The translations under genes were made by a program, and so were the position numbers. A DNA stretch of 64,000 nt from Patescibacteria group bacterium (GTDB lineage Bacteria > Patescibacteriota > Patescibacteriia > UBA1558 > GWA2-36-10), in assembly GCA_041650755.1 (NCBI GenBank), contig JBAZKN010000001.1, forward strand, positions 238,886 to 302,885, in the 5' to 3' direction. Of this stretch, positions 10,423 through 20,255 are shown in pieces. Positions within the stretch are counted from its first letter, which is position 1; every line of letters begins with the position of its first letter. Below the pieces are notes generated by a model. The model did not search any database and had not been told where the DNA came from. It saw only the letters and a program-made list of their open reading frames with translations.

Positions 10423-10840
10423 AAATTTTGACTGCGGAAAAAATCTCCTCTGGATTCAAAATATATATTCTACTGGATTTATTTTTTAAATAGGTCTTAA
10501 AAATCTTCTGGCTGTGATCTCGAAAAATATTGCCAGCCGTCAGCGTGTCTTGTCCGGCTGATACCAAAAATGCGTAATACTCATCATGATAATTAAATAA
10601 CAAGGCCCGTTGGCTAAGTATCGGCTCAAGACCCAATAGCTTATCCATACGCAAAACTGTGACCAGTTGACCATTGTGATAAGTAATGCCGGCTAATCTA
10701 TCGTCTAATTTTGGTATCGATAAAATATATTCACAGCTAAAAAATTGGCTGGCAGTTGTCAAATGTATGGCATACAACTGATCGTGTAATTTGAAAGTCA
10801 CAAATTTATCCAATTTTTTGGGCATTTTAATTCCTGCCAA
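10415..10840 (-). CDS. CheW-like coupling protein (PilI-like)
   Basis: 141 aa with a single CheW-like fold (FVTFKLHDQLYAIHL...GQLVTVLRMDKLLGLEP). Overlaps cheA by 8 nt. Confidence 0.65.
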   Translation of the reverse strand: MAGIKMPKKLDKFVTFKLHDQLYAIHLTTASQFFSCEYILSIPKLDDRLAGITYHNGQLVTVLRMDKLLGLEPILSQRALLFNYHDEYYAFLVSAGQDTLTAGNIFRDHSQKIFKTYLKNKSSRIYILNPEEIFSAVKIYD

Positions 10841-11969
10841 CTAACTGATTAAGAGTGTCTGTCACCTTATTTAAGGCCAAAGATGAACGATTTAAAGATT
10901 TGGTCACGGCCAACTGATTTTGGATAACTTTATTGATATCATCGGCCTGCTTGACTAACAGCTTTGACTGCTGGCTAATATTTCTGATCACGCTATTTAC
11001 TTTACCGGCTTCTTGGTGGGTCGAATTGGTTTCATCATTAATCACGCCCACACCGGCGGCAATATTGCCAACATTACTGATAATCTTGCCAAAAAAATTG
11101 AGTGTCTGACTGACAACATTGATGCTTTTATTTGTTTCCCGCCACTCAAAAACTGCCGATTGCCTTGATTGCTCTATCTGCCGATGCATATCCTGAGCTA
11201 AATTTTGAATGCTGGAGGCTGCCTGTTCACTGGCAATATTCAAATCTCTGATTTGAGCCACTAGGCCGGTAAATTCCTCGCCAAAGGCCGCTTTATTGGC
11301 TTCAATAGATATATTGAGGCTAAAAAATTTAGCTGTATCAGCTACTATGCTAACCCGTTTGGCAATATCTGAAACTTTGTGGGCATATTCATCCAGCGCT
11401 TGGCTTAACTTCTGATTTTCAGTCAATAAATTCTTGACTGCCGCTAGGCTAGCCAAAGCCTTCTGTGATTTATCTGATCCTTCCTTGGCTAAATTATCGG
11501 CCCGATTTGTATCGTTGGCCATAGCTTTGGTTTTTTGGGCTATTTCATCCAAAGATGAGACCATGCCGGATAAAGCTTGACTACCGGATTTTAGGCCAGT
11601 TTGTTGTTGCTGGCTAGAAACCAACAAAAACTGTGAGATTTGATTATTGGTTTGACTAATGTCAGATAAGCCTTGGATTGATTTTAATAATAAATTTACT
11701 ACTTTAGATAGTTCACTGACAGAAACCTGTATAGGAGCAGTCACGACCTTGGATAAATGCCGCGTAGCCAACAAGGACAACCACAAGACCAAGGCTAGAG
11801 CCACAAAAATACCAATCCAAATAAGCCCGGGCAGATTTATCAGACGAAATATCGGATTAGTTTGGCCGGCAATATGAAAACTAAGGAGCAAAGCCACTAT
11901 TGGCAATAGAGCCACTCCAATAAACCAAACAATAAACTTGAGGTAAATTTTGGTCTCAACTATTTTCAC
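10827..11969 (-). CDS. Methyl-accepting chemotaxis protein (PilJ-like), GTG start
   Basis: N-terminal TM hairpin, then a long coiled-coil MCP signalling domain with a Q/S-rich methylation-helix region. The start codon is GTG (RC of cac at 11967-11969). Confidence 0.75.
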   Translation of the reverse strand: MKIVETKIYLKFIVWFIGVALLPIVALLLSFHIAGQTNPIFRLINLPGLIWIGIFVALALVLWLSLLATRHLSKVVTAPIQVSVSELSKVVNLLLKSIQGLSDISQTNNQISQFLLVSSQQQQTGLKSGSQALSGMVSSLDEIAQKTKAMANDTNRADNLAKEGSDKSQKALASLAAVKNLLTENQKLSQALDEYAHKVSDIAKRVSIVADTAKFFSLNISIEANKAAFGEEFTGLVAQIRDLNIASEQAASSIQNLAQDMHRQIEQSRQSAVFEWRETNKSINVVSQTLNFFGKIISNVGNIAAGVGVINDETNSTHQEAGKVNSVIRNISQQSKLLVKQADDINKVIQNQLAVTKSLNRSSLALNKVTDTLNQLVGRN

Positions 11970-12004
11970 TTTATTTTTGTTTTTGCCTTATCAATCTGGT
12001 CTTT

Positions 12005-12033
12005 ATTATAACATATTTCACCACTTAAAACAA
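12005..12033 (-). promoter_or_regulatory. Putative sigma70 promoter of the chemosensory/pilus operon: -35 TTGTTT, 17-nt spacer, extended -10 TGTTATAAT
   Basis: Minus-strand TGTTATAAT is the RC of plus attataaca at 12005-12013. It lies ~36 nt upstream of the GTG start at 11969. Confidence 0.35.
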
Positions 12034-12054
12034 AGAGTTGCCCACAGTAATTTA

Positions 12055-12098
12055 GACAAATAAAAAACCACCAATCCAGCTAGTCAAATGGGTGGTTT
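12055..12098 (-). terminator. Putative intrinsic terminator after the O-antigen-ligase-like gene
   Basis: 8-bp stem AAACCACC (12065-12072) pairs with GGTGGTTT (12091-12098) around an 18-nt loop. On the minus strand it is followed by TTTTTTATTTGTC. Confidence 0.35.
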
Positions 12099-12118
12099 GG
12101 CCATTAAAACAATGAATT

Positions 12119-14299
12119 TTATTTTAATAAATCAAGAACGGCTGTTTGTTTATTTTTGGTGGCTAGCTCAATAAAATAATTAATCTTAGCTTGATCGTTT
12201 GCATCAAAATCAATCTTGCTTTCCTTTTGGTTAAAACTCTTGATCGCCTGCAAATTGCTGGCCATGCTAGATATATCGCCTGCTCGAAAGTCAACCAAAA
12301 ATTCATTCCAGTAAGGTTCTTTGGTCCAAGTCACCAGAGATTTTAGCTCAGCGGCTATTTTTTTGGCTGAATCAATATCTCCAAGCATCAGATAGGCATT
12401 GGTCATGTGTAGGTAAATATCTGGCCGAAGCGGTGCCCAAGCGTGAATGCGTTCCAAAATCGCGACATTTTTAGAACTCAATGATGGCACCACCTGGCTA
12501 ATTACAGAATAAAAATTTGATAAAAACATGTTGAGCCTAACATCGTTGGGATACTTATCAGCTAAAGAAGACAAATTATCGTTGACTAGATTAAAGTAAC
12601 TATCTTTGATTTGATTATTTAAATTCTGGTTGTTCACCACTTGAGCAAACATATCCGGCAAGAGTTGAACTTTTTCCTTGTCACCTAAAATGGTAGTATC
12701 CCATGATTCTTGCCAAAAATTTTTGGCCTGCTCGGCATCAGCGTCAGTATTGGCCGTCATAGCCTGTCGGACAGATCGATACAACAAGGTGTTGGCGTGA
12801 TATGGTTTATAAACAAAATTCCACACCATGAAAAACATCAGAGCTAAACATAAAATGCCAAAAAAATATTTTTTCACCTGGCTATCAGTCGCCTTTAGCC
12901 CCCAGTCTTTTATGGCTAGTTTCACTTTTTGGCGCCAGGACAAAACCTGCTCGGCTATCGTTGTCTGCTTACCGGCTGGCCGGGTCAATAAATAGGCTAA
13001 TATTAAATAAAAAATAACATTAGTATTGACGCTATCAAAGATAAAAAAGTCTTGGAATAAAAAGCTAATTAAAAATATTATCCAAAAATAAGAGGGTAGC
13101 CAGTGGTCTCCTTGACGATGTTTTTTGAACAAAATAGTAATCAAATAAACAAAAATACTCAAATACAAAAGGAAACCAAGAGCGCCGCCGTCTATCAGAT
13201 GCTGAACCAATATATTGTGCGGGCGATCAAACCAAGTTTCTGAGCTGGCATCATGAAAAATTTTGGTCGGAAAATATTTATTGAATACATAATGAAAATT
13301 TTCCAAACCCCAACCAAAAATAGGCTTGTCTCTAAATCCTGATAAGCTATTCTTCCAAATCAACAAACGCGATTGGGTGGTGATATCGTTGGTAATAGAA
13401 ATGCTGGCTAGCTTAGAAAACAATGGCACATCCTGCACCCAGGGCTTGTCTTTCTGGATAAAAATCAAGCTGACTGACAAAACGCTAGCCAAACTAACGA
13501 CTAAAATAAAATAATAAAACCAAGGGCGTCGCTTTTTGCTAAACCACAAATAAGAAATAGCCAGTAGCCAAGCAAATAATAACAAACCCAGGAAAGCACC
13601 GCGTGTCTGAGTCACGATTAAAACATAAGAGAACAAAAATATGCTGACAATATAAAATAAATTTATCCAGCGCTTAGTATAATTATTCATTAGATTACTA
13701 AACCAAAGCCAAGCAGCTACTACTATATGCAAAAACATATAAGAGCCTACGTAGGCGGCGTTACCCAAGGAAGCGGTCAAACGGCTACCGCCCGAAGATG
13801 GCTGGATAAAAGAAAGACCAAAGCTAAATTCTTGGGCAAGACCATAAAGAGCTACTAGCCAAGCGACCAGCAAAGAAGCTCCAAAAAATGTTCGCCAGTT
13901 TCTATCTGATTGTAAGACGCCCAATAAAATCACTACGTACATCAAGATATGATACCAGGTCACCAGGCCGTCCATGCGTTCAAAATTGCTCCAAAAACTA
14001 AAAGCCGGATTCGGCCCCAGGATACTGGAAATGCTCAGGGCCAATACAAATAACAACAAAATCGTCCAGGCAAAATTGGCCTTTGGCCGCCACTGATTGC
14101 TTCTGGCCAATAAAAATAAATACAGACAAAAAATAATCTCAATAATCAGCCGCCAATATAGATTGCGCGGCACAATGTAAGGGAAATAAAAACCATGGCC
14201 TATGACCAAGGGGGCGAACAAACTCAAAAATAAACCTATTTTTATGAACAAAAGCAAATACTCATCTAGATTGCGCGGCCAAGTAAAAAATTTACTCAT
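12119..14299 (-). CDS. O-antigen ligase / Wzy_C family membrane protein with C-terminal TPR region (paralog 1)
   Basis: ~10 TM N-terminal domain carrying the WaaL/PglL-type periplasmic motif RPHNILVQHLIDGGALG (H-N-x9-G-xx-G). The C-terminal ~300 aa are TPR-like. Confidence 0.7.
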   Translation of the reverse strand: MSKFFTWPRNLDEYLLLFIKIGLFLSLFAPLVIGHGFYFPYIVPRNLYWRLIIEIIFCLYLFLLARSNQWRPKANFAWTILLLFVLALSISSILGPNPAFSFWSNFERMDGLVTWYHILMYVVILLGVLQSDRNWRTFFGASLLVAWLVALYGLAQEFSFGLSFIQPSSGGSRLTASLGNAAYVGSYMFLHIVVAAWLWFSNLMNNYTKRWINLFYIVSIFLFSYVLIVTQTRGAFLGLLLFAWLLAISYLWFSKKRRPWFYYFILVVSLASVLSVSLIFIQKDKPWVQDVPLFSKLASISITNDITTQSRLLIWKNSLSGFRDKPIFGWGLENFHYVFNKYFPTKIFHDASSETWFDRPHNILVQHLIDGGALGFLLYLSIFVYLITILFKKHRQGDHWLPSYFWIIFLISFLFQDFFIFDSVNTNVIFYLILAYLLTRPAGKQTTIAEQVLSWRQKVKLAIKDWGLKATDSQVKKYFFGILCLALMFFMVWNFVYKPYHANTLLYRSVRQAMTANTDADAEQAKNFWQESWDTTILGDKEKVQLLPDMFAQVVNNQNLNNQIKDSYFNLVNDNLSSLADKYPNDVRLNMFLSNFYSVISQVVPSLSSKNVAILERIHAWAPLRPDIYLHMTNAYLMLGDIDSAKKIAAELKSLVTWTKEPYWNEFLVDFRAGDISSMASNLQAIKSFNQKESKIDFDANDQAKINYFIELATKNKQTAVLDLLK

Positions 14300-16475
14300 A
14301 TTTTTTATTTAAATATTCTTCCAATAATTTTATTTGATCAATCTGTCTATTTATTCTAGCTAAATCCAAGTAAGCTTGCAAGCGATCTCGGTCAGCAGCA
14401 GTAAAAGTATCCGGTCTTTTATTGGCTGGTAGCTGGGCATTAAAAGCAATGATTGCATCCAAACACTTCCTCATATTAGCCTCATTATTATCCTGAAAAT
14501 AAACCGCCAATAGATTCCACCAAGGTTCCTTGGCCCAAGGAAAAAATGCCAACATTTTTTGAGCTGCGGCTTCGGCATTACTTATGTCTTTATTGGCCAA
14601 ATAGGCATTGGTTTGCCTGACTAAAATATCTGGGCGCTGCGGCGCAAATAAATGCATTTTATTAAGCAACGCGATATCTTTTTGGATCAGCTCCGGATGG
14701 TCAAAATTGGCCAGATTATAAAAAGTTGATAAAAAAGTGGCTAACATAATATCCTGAGGGTATTTTTCTACTGCGGCTGTCAAATATTTATCAGTTACCT
14801 GAAAAACGGCCTCGCGAGTTTTTTCGCTCACCCTAGGCGTAGCTAATATCTCCCTATATAAATTTGACAAAACCTGAACCTTGTCTTTCTCCCCACTAGG
14901 ACTCAAAACAAAAGATTTTTGCCAAGTATGCAAAGCATCCAGAATATCACTTTCTTGATTGGCGCCAATTACATTTTGGATGGTTTTTAATAAAAGCTGG
15001 TTGCTCTTGGCTGGCAAAAAAACTGTTTGCCAAATTAAAACACCGGGCAATAATAGACAAAGTGGGACTAAGATTATTTTATTTATTTTAAAATCTCTTT
15101 CTAAGCCAGCAGGTCTAGTAGGAGATATTTTGAATAAAAAGGCTAGGATCAAATAAAAATATATATTGCTGTTTAAGTGATCAAAAGTAAATAAGTCGTG
15201 AAACAAGAAGCTTATTAAAAACGCTATCCAAAAAAAATAAAATAGCCAAGCTGCCTGGCTCTTATATTTTTTATATAAAATAATCCCTAAATAAACAAAA
15301 ATAGCCAAATAGAAGCCCAGAGCCAATACACCACCCTCTATCAAATATTGCAGCAAAACATTGTGCGGCCTATCCAGCCAAATCTCCGAACTGGCTTCCT
15401 GATAAATTCGCCGGGGAAAATACTTACTAAAAACTTCGGAAAAATTTTCCACGCCCCAGCCAAGAATCGGCTTGTCTCTAAAACCTAAAAGGCTGTTTTG
15501 CCAGACAAAGAGACGTGTCTGACCAGCTACATCCACTTTATTTGATTGGCTGACGGTAGTATCTAGATTCAAGGATATGAGAGATATTTTTCTCAACAAT
15601 TCATCATTGTTTACCCAAGCTGTATCTTTTTGCCACCATAACAAAGACAAAAATAAAAGCAAAGCAATTATCAAAGATGAAATCAAATAATAAAACCATT
15701 TTTTTTGCCGCCGCTCAAACCATAAATAAAAAACACCTAAAAGAATAAAAAATAAAACCAGACTAAAAAAATCTCCCCGCGTCTGAGTTTCAAGCAAAAT
15801 AAAAATAAACAAAAATAAACTGACCAAATAAAAAATATTATGCCAATAGCCGACTGCTTTATATTTCAAATTATTTAACAGCAAATAGGCCGCTATGACT
15901 ATCTGTAAAAAGAAAAATGATGCCAAAAAAGAAGCATTGCCAAAAGTGCCGGTCAAGCGCGGCCCACCATCAGAAGAAGCTATAAATGACCAATCGAGAT
16001 TGAGCCATTGCATCAAGGAATATATGGCCACCAGCCAGGCCGCCAACACAGAAATATTGAAATAGAGCAGCCAATCCTCTTTCTTTTTTAATGTGCCCAG
16101 CAAAACTACCACATAAAGCAAAATGTGGTACCAACTTACCAGGCCATCCATGCGGACAAAGCTGCTCCAAAAACTAAAACCAAAATTCGAACCAAGCAAA
16201 GAAGAAATAGTCAGACTCAATACTAGACCGAGCAACAAAACAAAACCCCAATTAAATTTTGGCCGCCAAGCCTTATTTTTAATAGCCAAAAACATATAAA
16301 CAGCAAATATCAGGTCCACTAGCAGCCGCCAATATAAATTACGCGGCACAATGTAGGGAAAATAGAAGTGATCACCAATGATCAAGGGTAAAAACAAAAT
16401 CAGAGCCAAACCTATTTTAATAAATAAAGCTAAATAATCGTCAAAATTTTTGGGCAAATTTAAAAAAAATTTCAT
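14292..16475 (-). CDS. O-antigen ligase / Wzy_C family membrane protein with C-terminal TPR region (paralog 2, tandem)
   Basis: N-terminus MKFFLNLPKNFDDYLALFIKIGL...FYFPYIVPRNLYWRL is nearly identical to paralog 1. Contains the RPHNVLLQYLIEGG motif. Overlaps paralog 1 by 8 nt. Confidence 0.7.
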   Translation of the reverse strand: MKFFLNLPKNFDDYLALFIKIGLALILFLPLIIGDHFYFPYIVPRNLYWRLLVDLIFAVYMFLAIKNKAWRPKFNWGFVLLLGLVLSLTISSLLGSNFGFSFWSSFVRMDGLVSWYHILLYVVVLLGTLKKKEDWLLYFNISVLAAWLVAIYSLMQWLNLDWSFIASSDGGPRLTGTFGNASFLASFFFLQIVIAAYLLLNNLKYKAVGYWHNIFYLVSLFLFIFILLETQTRGDFFSLVLFFILLGVFYLWFERRQKKWFYYLISSLIIALLLFLSLLWWQKDTAWVNNDELLRKISLISLNLDTTVSQSNKVDVAGQTRLFVWQNSLLGFRDKPILGWGVENFSEVFSKYFPRRIYQEASSEIWLDRPHNVLLQYLIEGGVLALGFYLAIFVYLGIILYKKYKSQAAWLFYFFWIAFLISFLFHDLFTFDHLNSNIYFYLILAFLFKISPTRPAGLERDFKINKIILVPLCLLLPGVLIWQTVFLPAKSNQLLLKTIQNVIGANQESDILDALHTWQKSFVLSPSGEKDKVQVLSNLYREILATPRVSEKTREAVFQVTDKYLTAAVEKYPQDIMLATFLSTFYNLANFDHPELIQKDIALLNKMHLFAPQRPDILVRQTNAYLANKDISNAEAAAQKMLAFFPWAKEPWWNLLAVYFQDNNEANMRKCLDAIIAFNAQLPANKRPDTFTAADRDRLQAYLDLARINRQIDQIKLLEEYLNKKYE

Positions 16476-16495
16476 CTATTTTTTTCTTGACCTTC

Positions 16496-16525
16496 TTGAC
16501 AAAAACCAAGTAATATTATTATAAT
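16496..16525 (+). promoter_or_regulatory. Near-consensus sigma70 promoter TTGACA-N18-TATAAT for the plus-strand glycosylphosphotransferase/flippase pair
   Basis: TTGACA at 16496-16501 and TATAAT at 16520-16525. The ATG is at 16551, giving a ~18-nt leader with no obvious SD. Confidence 0.5.
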
Positions 16526-16550
16526 ATAGAATAACAATAAACACAAACGC

Positions 16551-17918
16551 ATGAAAAAATTCACCCTCTTGCTTGGCGACATCGCCTTATTGTACATCGG
16601 CTTACTACTAACTTTGTGGATCCGCTATGGACACGTCAATCAGGCCTTATGGGATCAACATTGGCGGCCCTTTTCTATTATCTTTGCCATTTGGCTAATA
16701 GTCTTTTTTATCAATGGTCTTTATGAGATACGCAAAGTCAGGAATGACTTTAAATTCTACAGTAGCTTATTACAAAACCTATTGATCAATGCTGCTATAG
16801 CCATTCTTTTCTTCTACCTGCGCTTAGGAGGTGTAGCTAGCCATATCCGACCGCAAACCATCTTGGTGATTTTGATCTGCGTTTTCGCTGTTTTATTTTT
16901 ATCCTGGCGAAGAATCTTTTACCAGCTAAGCGCCAGTCGTAGTTTTGGCAATAATCTAGCCATAGTGGGCGTCAATCCTGAGTCCCTGATGCTCGCCGAG
17001 GAAATTATCAATAAGCCACAGCTGGGCTATCAGCTAAAGCTCATCGTCAACCCCGATCATAGTCCGCTACCCGAAAAGTTTCAAATCACTCCAATTATTA
17101 AAGATATTTCTGATCTCAAAAACCAACTAATCAAACATAATATCAACACTGTTGTTTCTATCAACGACCCAAAATATGGGCCAGAAGTTGCCCGGTATTT
17201 GTTTGAAAGTATTGTCTTAAAAATCCAATACTATAATCTGGTAGATTTCTATGAAAAAATAACCGGTAAAATTCCGCTGGTGTCTTTGGAAAGAAATTGG
17301 TTTTTAGAAAATATAACCCAACAAAATAACCGCTGGTTTCCAATGGCCAAAAGATTGATAGATATTTTTTTCTCGTGTGTATTCGGCATCATCTCTCTCC
17401 CCTTTTTACTATTATTGATATTGTTTATCAAGCTAGAATCAGCCGGGCCGGCTATTTATAAACAGCAACGAGTGGGCCTTAATAATAAAATTTTTACTGT
17501 CTACAAATTGCGCTCTATGCGCAAAGATGCGGAAAATAATGGCGCTGTCTGGGCCAGCAAAAATGATGAGCGGATTACGCGCATGGGCAAATTTATGCGT
17601 CGCACCAGACTAGATGAGATACCGCAGTTTTGGAATATCTTGATGGGCAACATGAGTTTTGTCGGCCCACGACCAGAGCGTCCGGAATTTGTTGAACAAT
17701 TAAAAACTGCTATGCCTTTTTACAATGAAAGGCACTTAGTAAAACCGGGCCTGACTGGTTGGGCGCAAATCAACTACCCTTATGGTGCCAGCGTCGAAGA
17801 TGCTCGAGAAAAATTACAATACGATTTATTTTATATAAAAAATCAGTCAATTGTTCTGGATATTTCCATAATCCTCAAAACCATCAACACAATGTTTAAT
17901 ATTAGCTTTGGCCGCTAA
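16551..17918 (+). CDS. Polyprenyl glycosylphosphotransferase (WbaP/sugar transferase, Bac_transf domain), initiating enzyme
   Basis: 4-5 N-terminal TMs plus a C-terminal domain LIDIFFSCVFGIISLPFLLLL...KQQRVGLNNKIFTVYKLRSMRKDAE...DEIPQFWNILMGNMSFVGPRPERPEF. Confidence 0.85.
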   Translation: MKKFTLLLGDIALLYIGLLLTLWIRYGHVNQALWDQHWRPFSIIFAIWLIVFFINGLYEIRKVRNDFKFYSSLLQNLLINAAIAILFFYLRLGGVASHIRPQTILVILICVFAVLFLSWRRIFYQLSASRSFGNNLAIVGVNPESLMLAEEIINKPQLGYQLKLIVNPDHSPLPEKFQITPIIKDISDLKNQLIKHNINTVVSINDPKYGPEVARYLFESIVLKIQYYNLVDFYEKITGKIPLVSLERNWFLENITQQNNRWFPMAKRLIDIFFSCVFGIISLPFLLLLILFIKLESAGPAIYKQQRVGLNNKIFTVYKLRSMRKDAENNGAVWASKNDERITRMGKFMRRTRLDEIPQFWNILMGNMSFVGPRPERPEFVEQLKTAMPFYNERHLVKPGLTGWAQINYPYGASVEDAREKLQYDLFYIKNQSIVLDISIILKTINTMFNISFGR

Positions 17919-19168
17919 TGTGGGAAAAAATAAAAGCTAAAAGCTATAAATTTTTACGGTGGAGCGAAAAATACACCAAAACTGACATGGTCTATCTGGC
18001 CAGGGGTGGTTTTTGGTTATCCTTTGGTCAAGTAATATCTTCTGGCTCTACTTTTATTCTAGCCATTGCCTTTGCCAACCTCTTGCCCAAAGAAATCTAT
18101 GGCCAATATAAATACATCCTATCTATTGTGGCTATTCTGGGTATTGCCACATTAGGCGGCATGGATCTCTCGATCATGAAAGCAGTGGCCAATGGCCATG
18201 ATGGCACAGTCAGACCAGCTCTCAAAACCAAAGTGCGCTGGGCACTGCTTAGCGGCTTGGGCAGCCTAGCGGTAGCCGCTTATTATTATTTGCAGGGCAA
18301 CCACAATTTGTCTCTGGGCTTTTTGATTATCGCCTGCTTTTTGCCATTTATGGATCCTTTTTTTATCTACAATGCTGTCTTACAGGGCAAGAAAAATTTT
18401 CGTACTTCGTCTATCTACAATATGGTTGGCAAGATTATCAGCATTGCCATCATTATTCTGGTCATCTGGCTGTCAGATAACCTTTACTTACTATTACTCG
18501 CTTATTTTGCCAGCTGGACTTTCTTGAGGCTTTTTTATCTGCGCCAAACCTTAAAAAAATCTATCCAAAATAGCAGCGTTGATCCTGATGCTATTAATTA
18601 TGGTAAACATCTAAGTGTCATCAATATCATTGGTGTAGTGGCCACTTACATTGATCAATTGCTGATCTTTCACTTTTTAGGAGCTACTCGACTAGCTGTT
18701 TATGCTATGGCCATAGCTGCTCCCGAACAAATCAAGGGCGCAATAAAAAATCTAGGTACCTTGGCTTTTCCTAAATTTGCCACCAATGACCAAAATAGCA
18801 CCAAAAAAAATATACGCGGAAAAACTATAAAACTGGCTCTGGCTATTTTAGCCATCACCATTCTCTATATCATACTGGCTCCTTGGCTATTTAGTATATT
18901 TTTACCGCGCTATATGGAGTCTGTCTTATATTCACAAATATTTGCTATTTCTCTGCTGACCGGCCTGACCATTATACCGGCTACTTTTTTAGAATCGATT
19001 GGCGCCAAAAAATACTTATACATCTATAGTACCTGGTCATCAATAATACAAATTATTATGCTGATAATCTTAGTGCCTATGTTCGGCCTGATGGGCGCAG
19101 TGATTGCCAGGGTTCTATCCAGGTTTATCAATATGTTGCAAGCTTTTTGGTATATGAAAAAGGCCTAA
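17918..19168 (+). CDS. Wzx-like polysaccharide flippase (MOP superfamily)
   Basis: 416 aa with ~12 predicted TMs. Its start overlaps the previous gene's stop (TAATG). Confidence 0.65.
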   Translation: MWEKIKAKSYKFLRWSEKYTKTDMVYLARGGFWLSFGQVISSGSTFILAIAFANLLPKEIYGQYKYILSIVAILGIATLGGMDLSIMKAVANGHDGTVRPALKTKVRWALLSGLGSLAVAAYYYLQGNHNLSLGFLIIACFLPFMDPFFIYNAVLQGKKNFRTSSIYNMVGKIISIAIIILVIWLSDNLYLLLLAYFASWTFLRLFYLRQTLKKSIQNSSVDPDAINYGKHLSVINIIGVVATYIDQLLIFHFLGATRLAVYAMAIAAPEQIKGAIKNLGTLAFPKFATNDQNSTKKNIRGKTIKLALAILAITILYIILAPWLFSIFLPRYMESVLYSQIFAISLLTGLTIIPATFLESIGAKKYLYIYSTWSSIIQIIMLIILVPMFGLMGAVIARVLSRFINMLQAFWYMKKA

Positions 19169-19172
19169 AAAG

Positions 19173-20255
19173 CTAAAGATGCTCAAAAATTCTCTTGCTC
19201 ACACCGCTGTCCCAAAGGGGGATATTTTTTGTTTTAAAATCAGTGCGATTTAAATGTTCAATCATAACCTCAGCCTGATCTAGTTCTATGGGGAATAATT
19301 TGTTGGAACCAGATTCTATGGTAATTGGCCTCTCGGTATTATCCCGTAAAGTAGCGCAGGGAATACCTAGGTGTGTAGTTTCTTCTTGAATGCCCCCGGA
19401 ATCAGTAATGATGCCCTTGCTTTCAGAAACGAGTTTGATAAATGCAAAATAGCCCAAGGGGTTGATGATTTTTATATTATCCAAATATTTATTGAGGTTA
19501 TATTTCTCAATGGCTGCCTTGGTGCCGGGATGCATGGGGAAAACCACTGGGATTTTTTCGTTGACCTTATTAATAATTGAAAGAATTTTTTCCAAATAAA
19601 AAATATTATCGGTGTTTTCCTGGCGATGGAATGTCAAAACAGCATATTGTTTGGGCGCTAATGAAAGCTGCTCCAAAATTTGACAATCTTTTATCTTGTC
19701 CCAAAATATCTCCAGGCTTTCGATCATTATATTGCCTACATAAAAAATCTTACTCGGTTCAATGCCTTCCAGAAGCAAATTTTCATTACCGGATGGTTCG
19801 GTGGTAAATAATTTTTCTGATAAATGGTCGACTGTGACGCGGTTTATTTCTTCAGGCATGCGGCGGTCATGACTTCTTAGGCCGGCTTCAATATGCACCA
19901 CCGGACAGCTATTTTTGGCAGCTGCCAAAGCACCCGCTAAAGTTGAGTTGACATCACCAAACACAATGCAACCGTCAAAATTGTAGCCCTTGTATACTCT
20001 GGACAAAGCATTGAACATCTTGCCGATTTTTTCTGTGTGAAATTTGCCTTTGATATCCAGATGAATATCGGGAGTAGGAATATTTAATTCCTCAAAAAAC
20101 ACCTTGGACATATTAGGATCAAAATGCTGACCAGTATGAACTATGGTAAACTGGTATTCTGGATGATTTTTGGCCTCATGGAAAAAAGCGGCCGCTTTTA
20201 TAAAATTTGGCCGAGTGCCCAAGACCACTACATAATGCTTATTCTTTGTTATCAT
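19173..20255 (-). CDS. wecB: UDP-N-acetylglucosamine 2-epimerase (non-hydrolysing)
   Basis: Matches the epimerase_2 family: HYVVVLGTRPNFIKAAAF...VHTGQHFD...HIEAGLRS... Confidence 0.85.
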   Translation of the reverse strand: MITKNKHYVVVLGTRPNFIKAAAFFHEAKNHPEYQFTIVHTGQHFDPNMSKVFFEELNIPTPDIHLDIKGKFHTEKIGKMFNALSRVYKGYNFDGCIVFGDVNSTLAGALAAAKNSCPVVHIEAGLRSHDRRMPEEINRVTVDHLSEKLFTTEPSGNENLLLEGIEPSKIFYVGNIMIESLEIFWDKIKDCQILEQLSLAPKQYAVLTFHRQENTDNIFYLEKILSIINKVNEKIPVVFPMHPGTKAAIEKYNLNKYLDNIKIINPLGYFAFIKLVSESKGIITDSGGIQEETTHLGIPCATLRDNTERPITIESGSNKLFPIELDQAEVMIEHLNRTDFKTKNIPLWDSGVSKRIFEHL

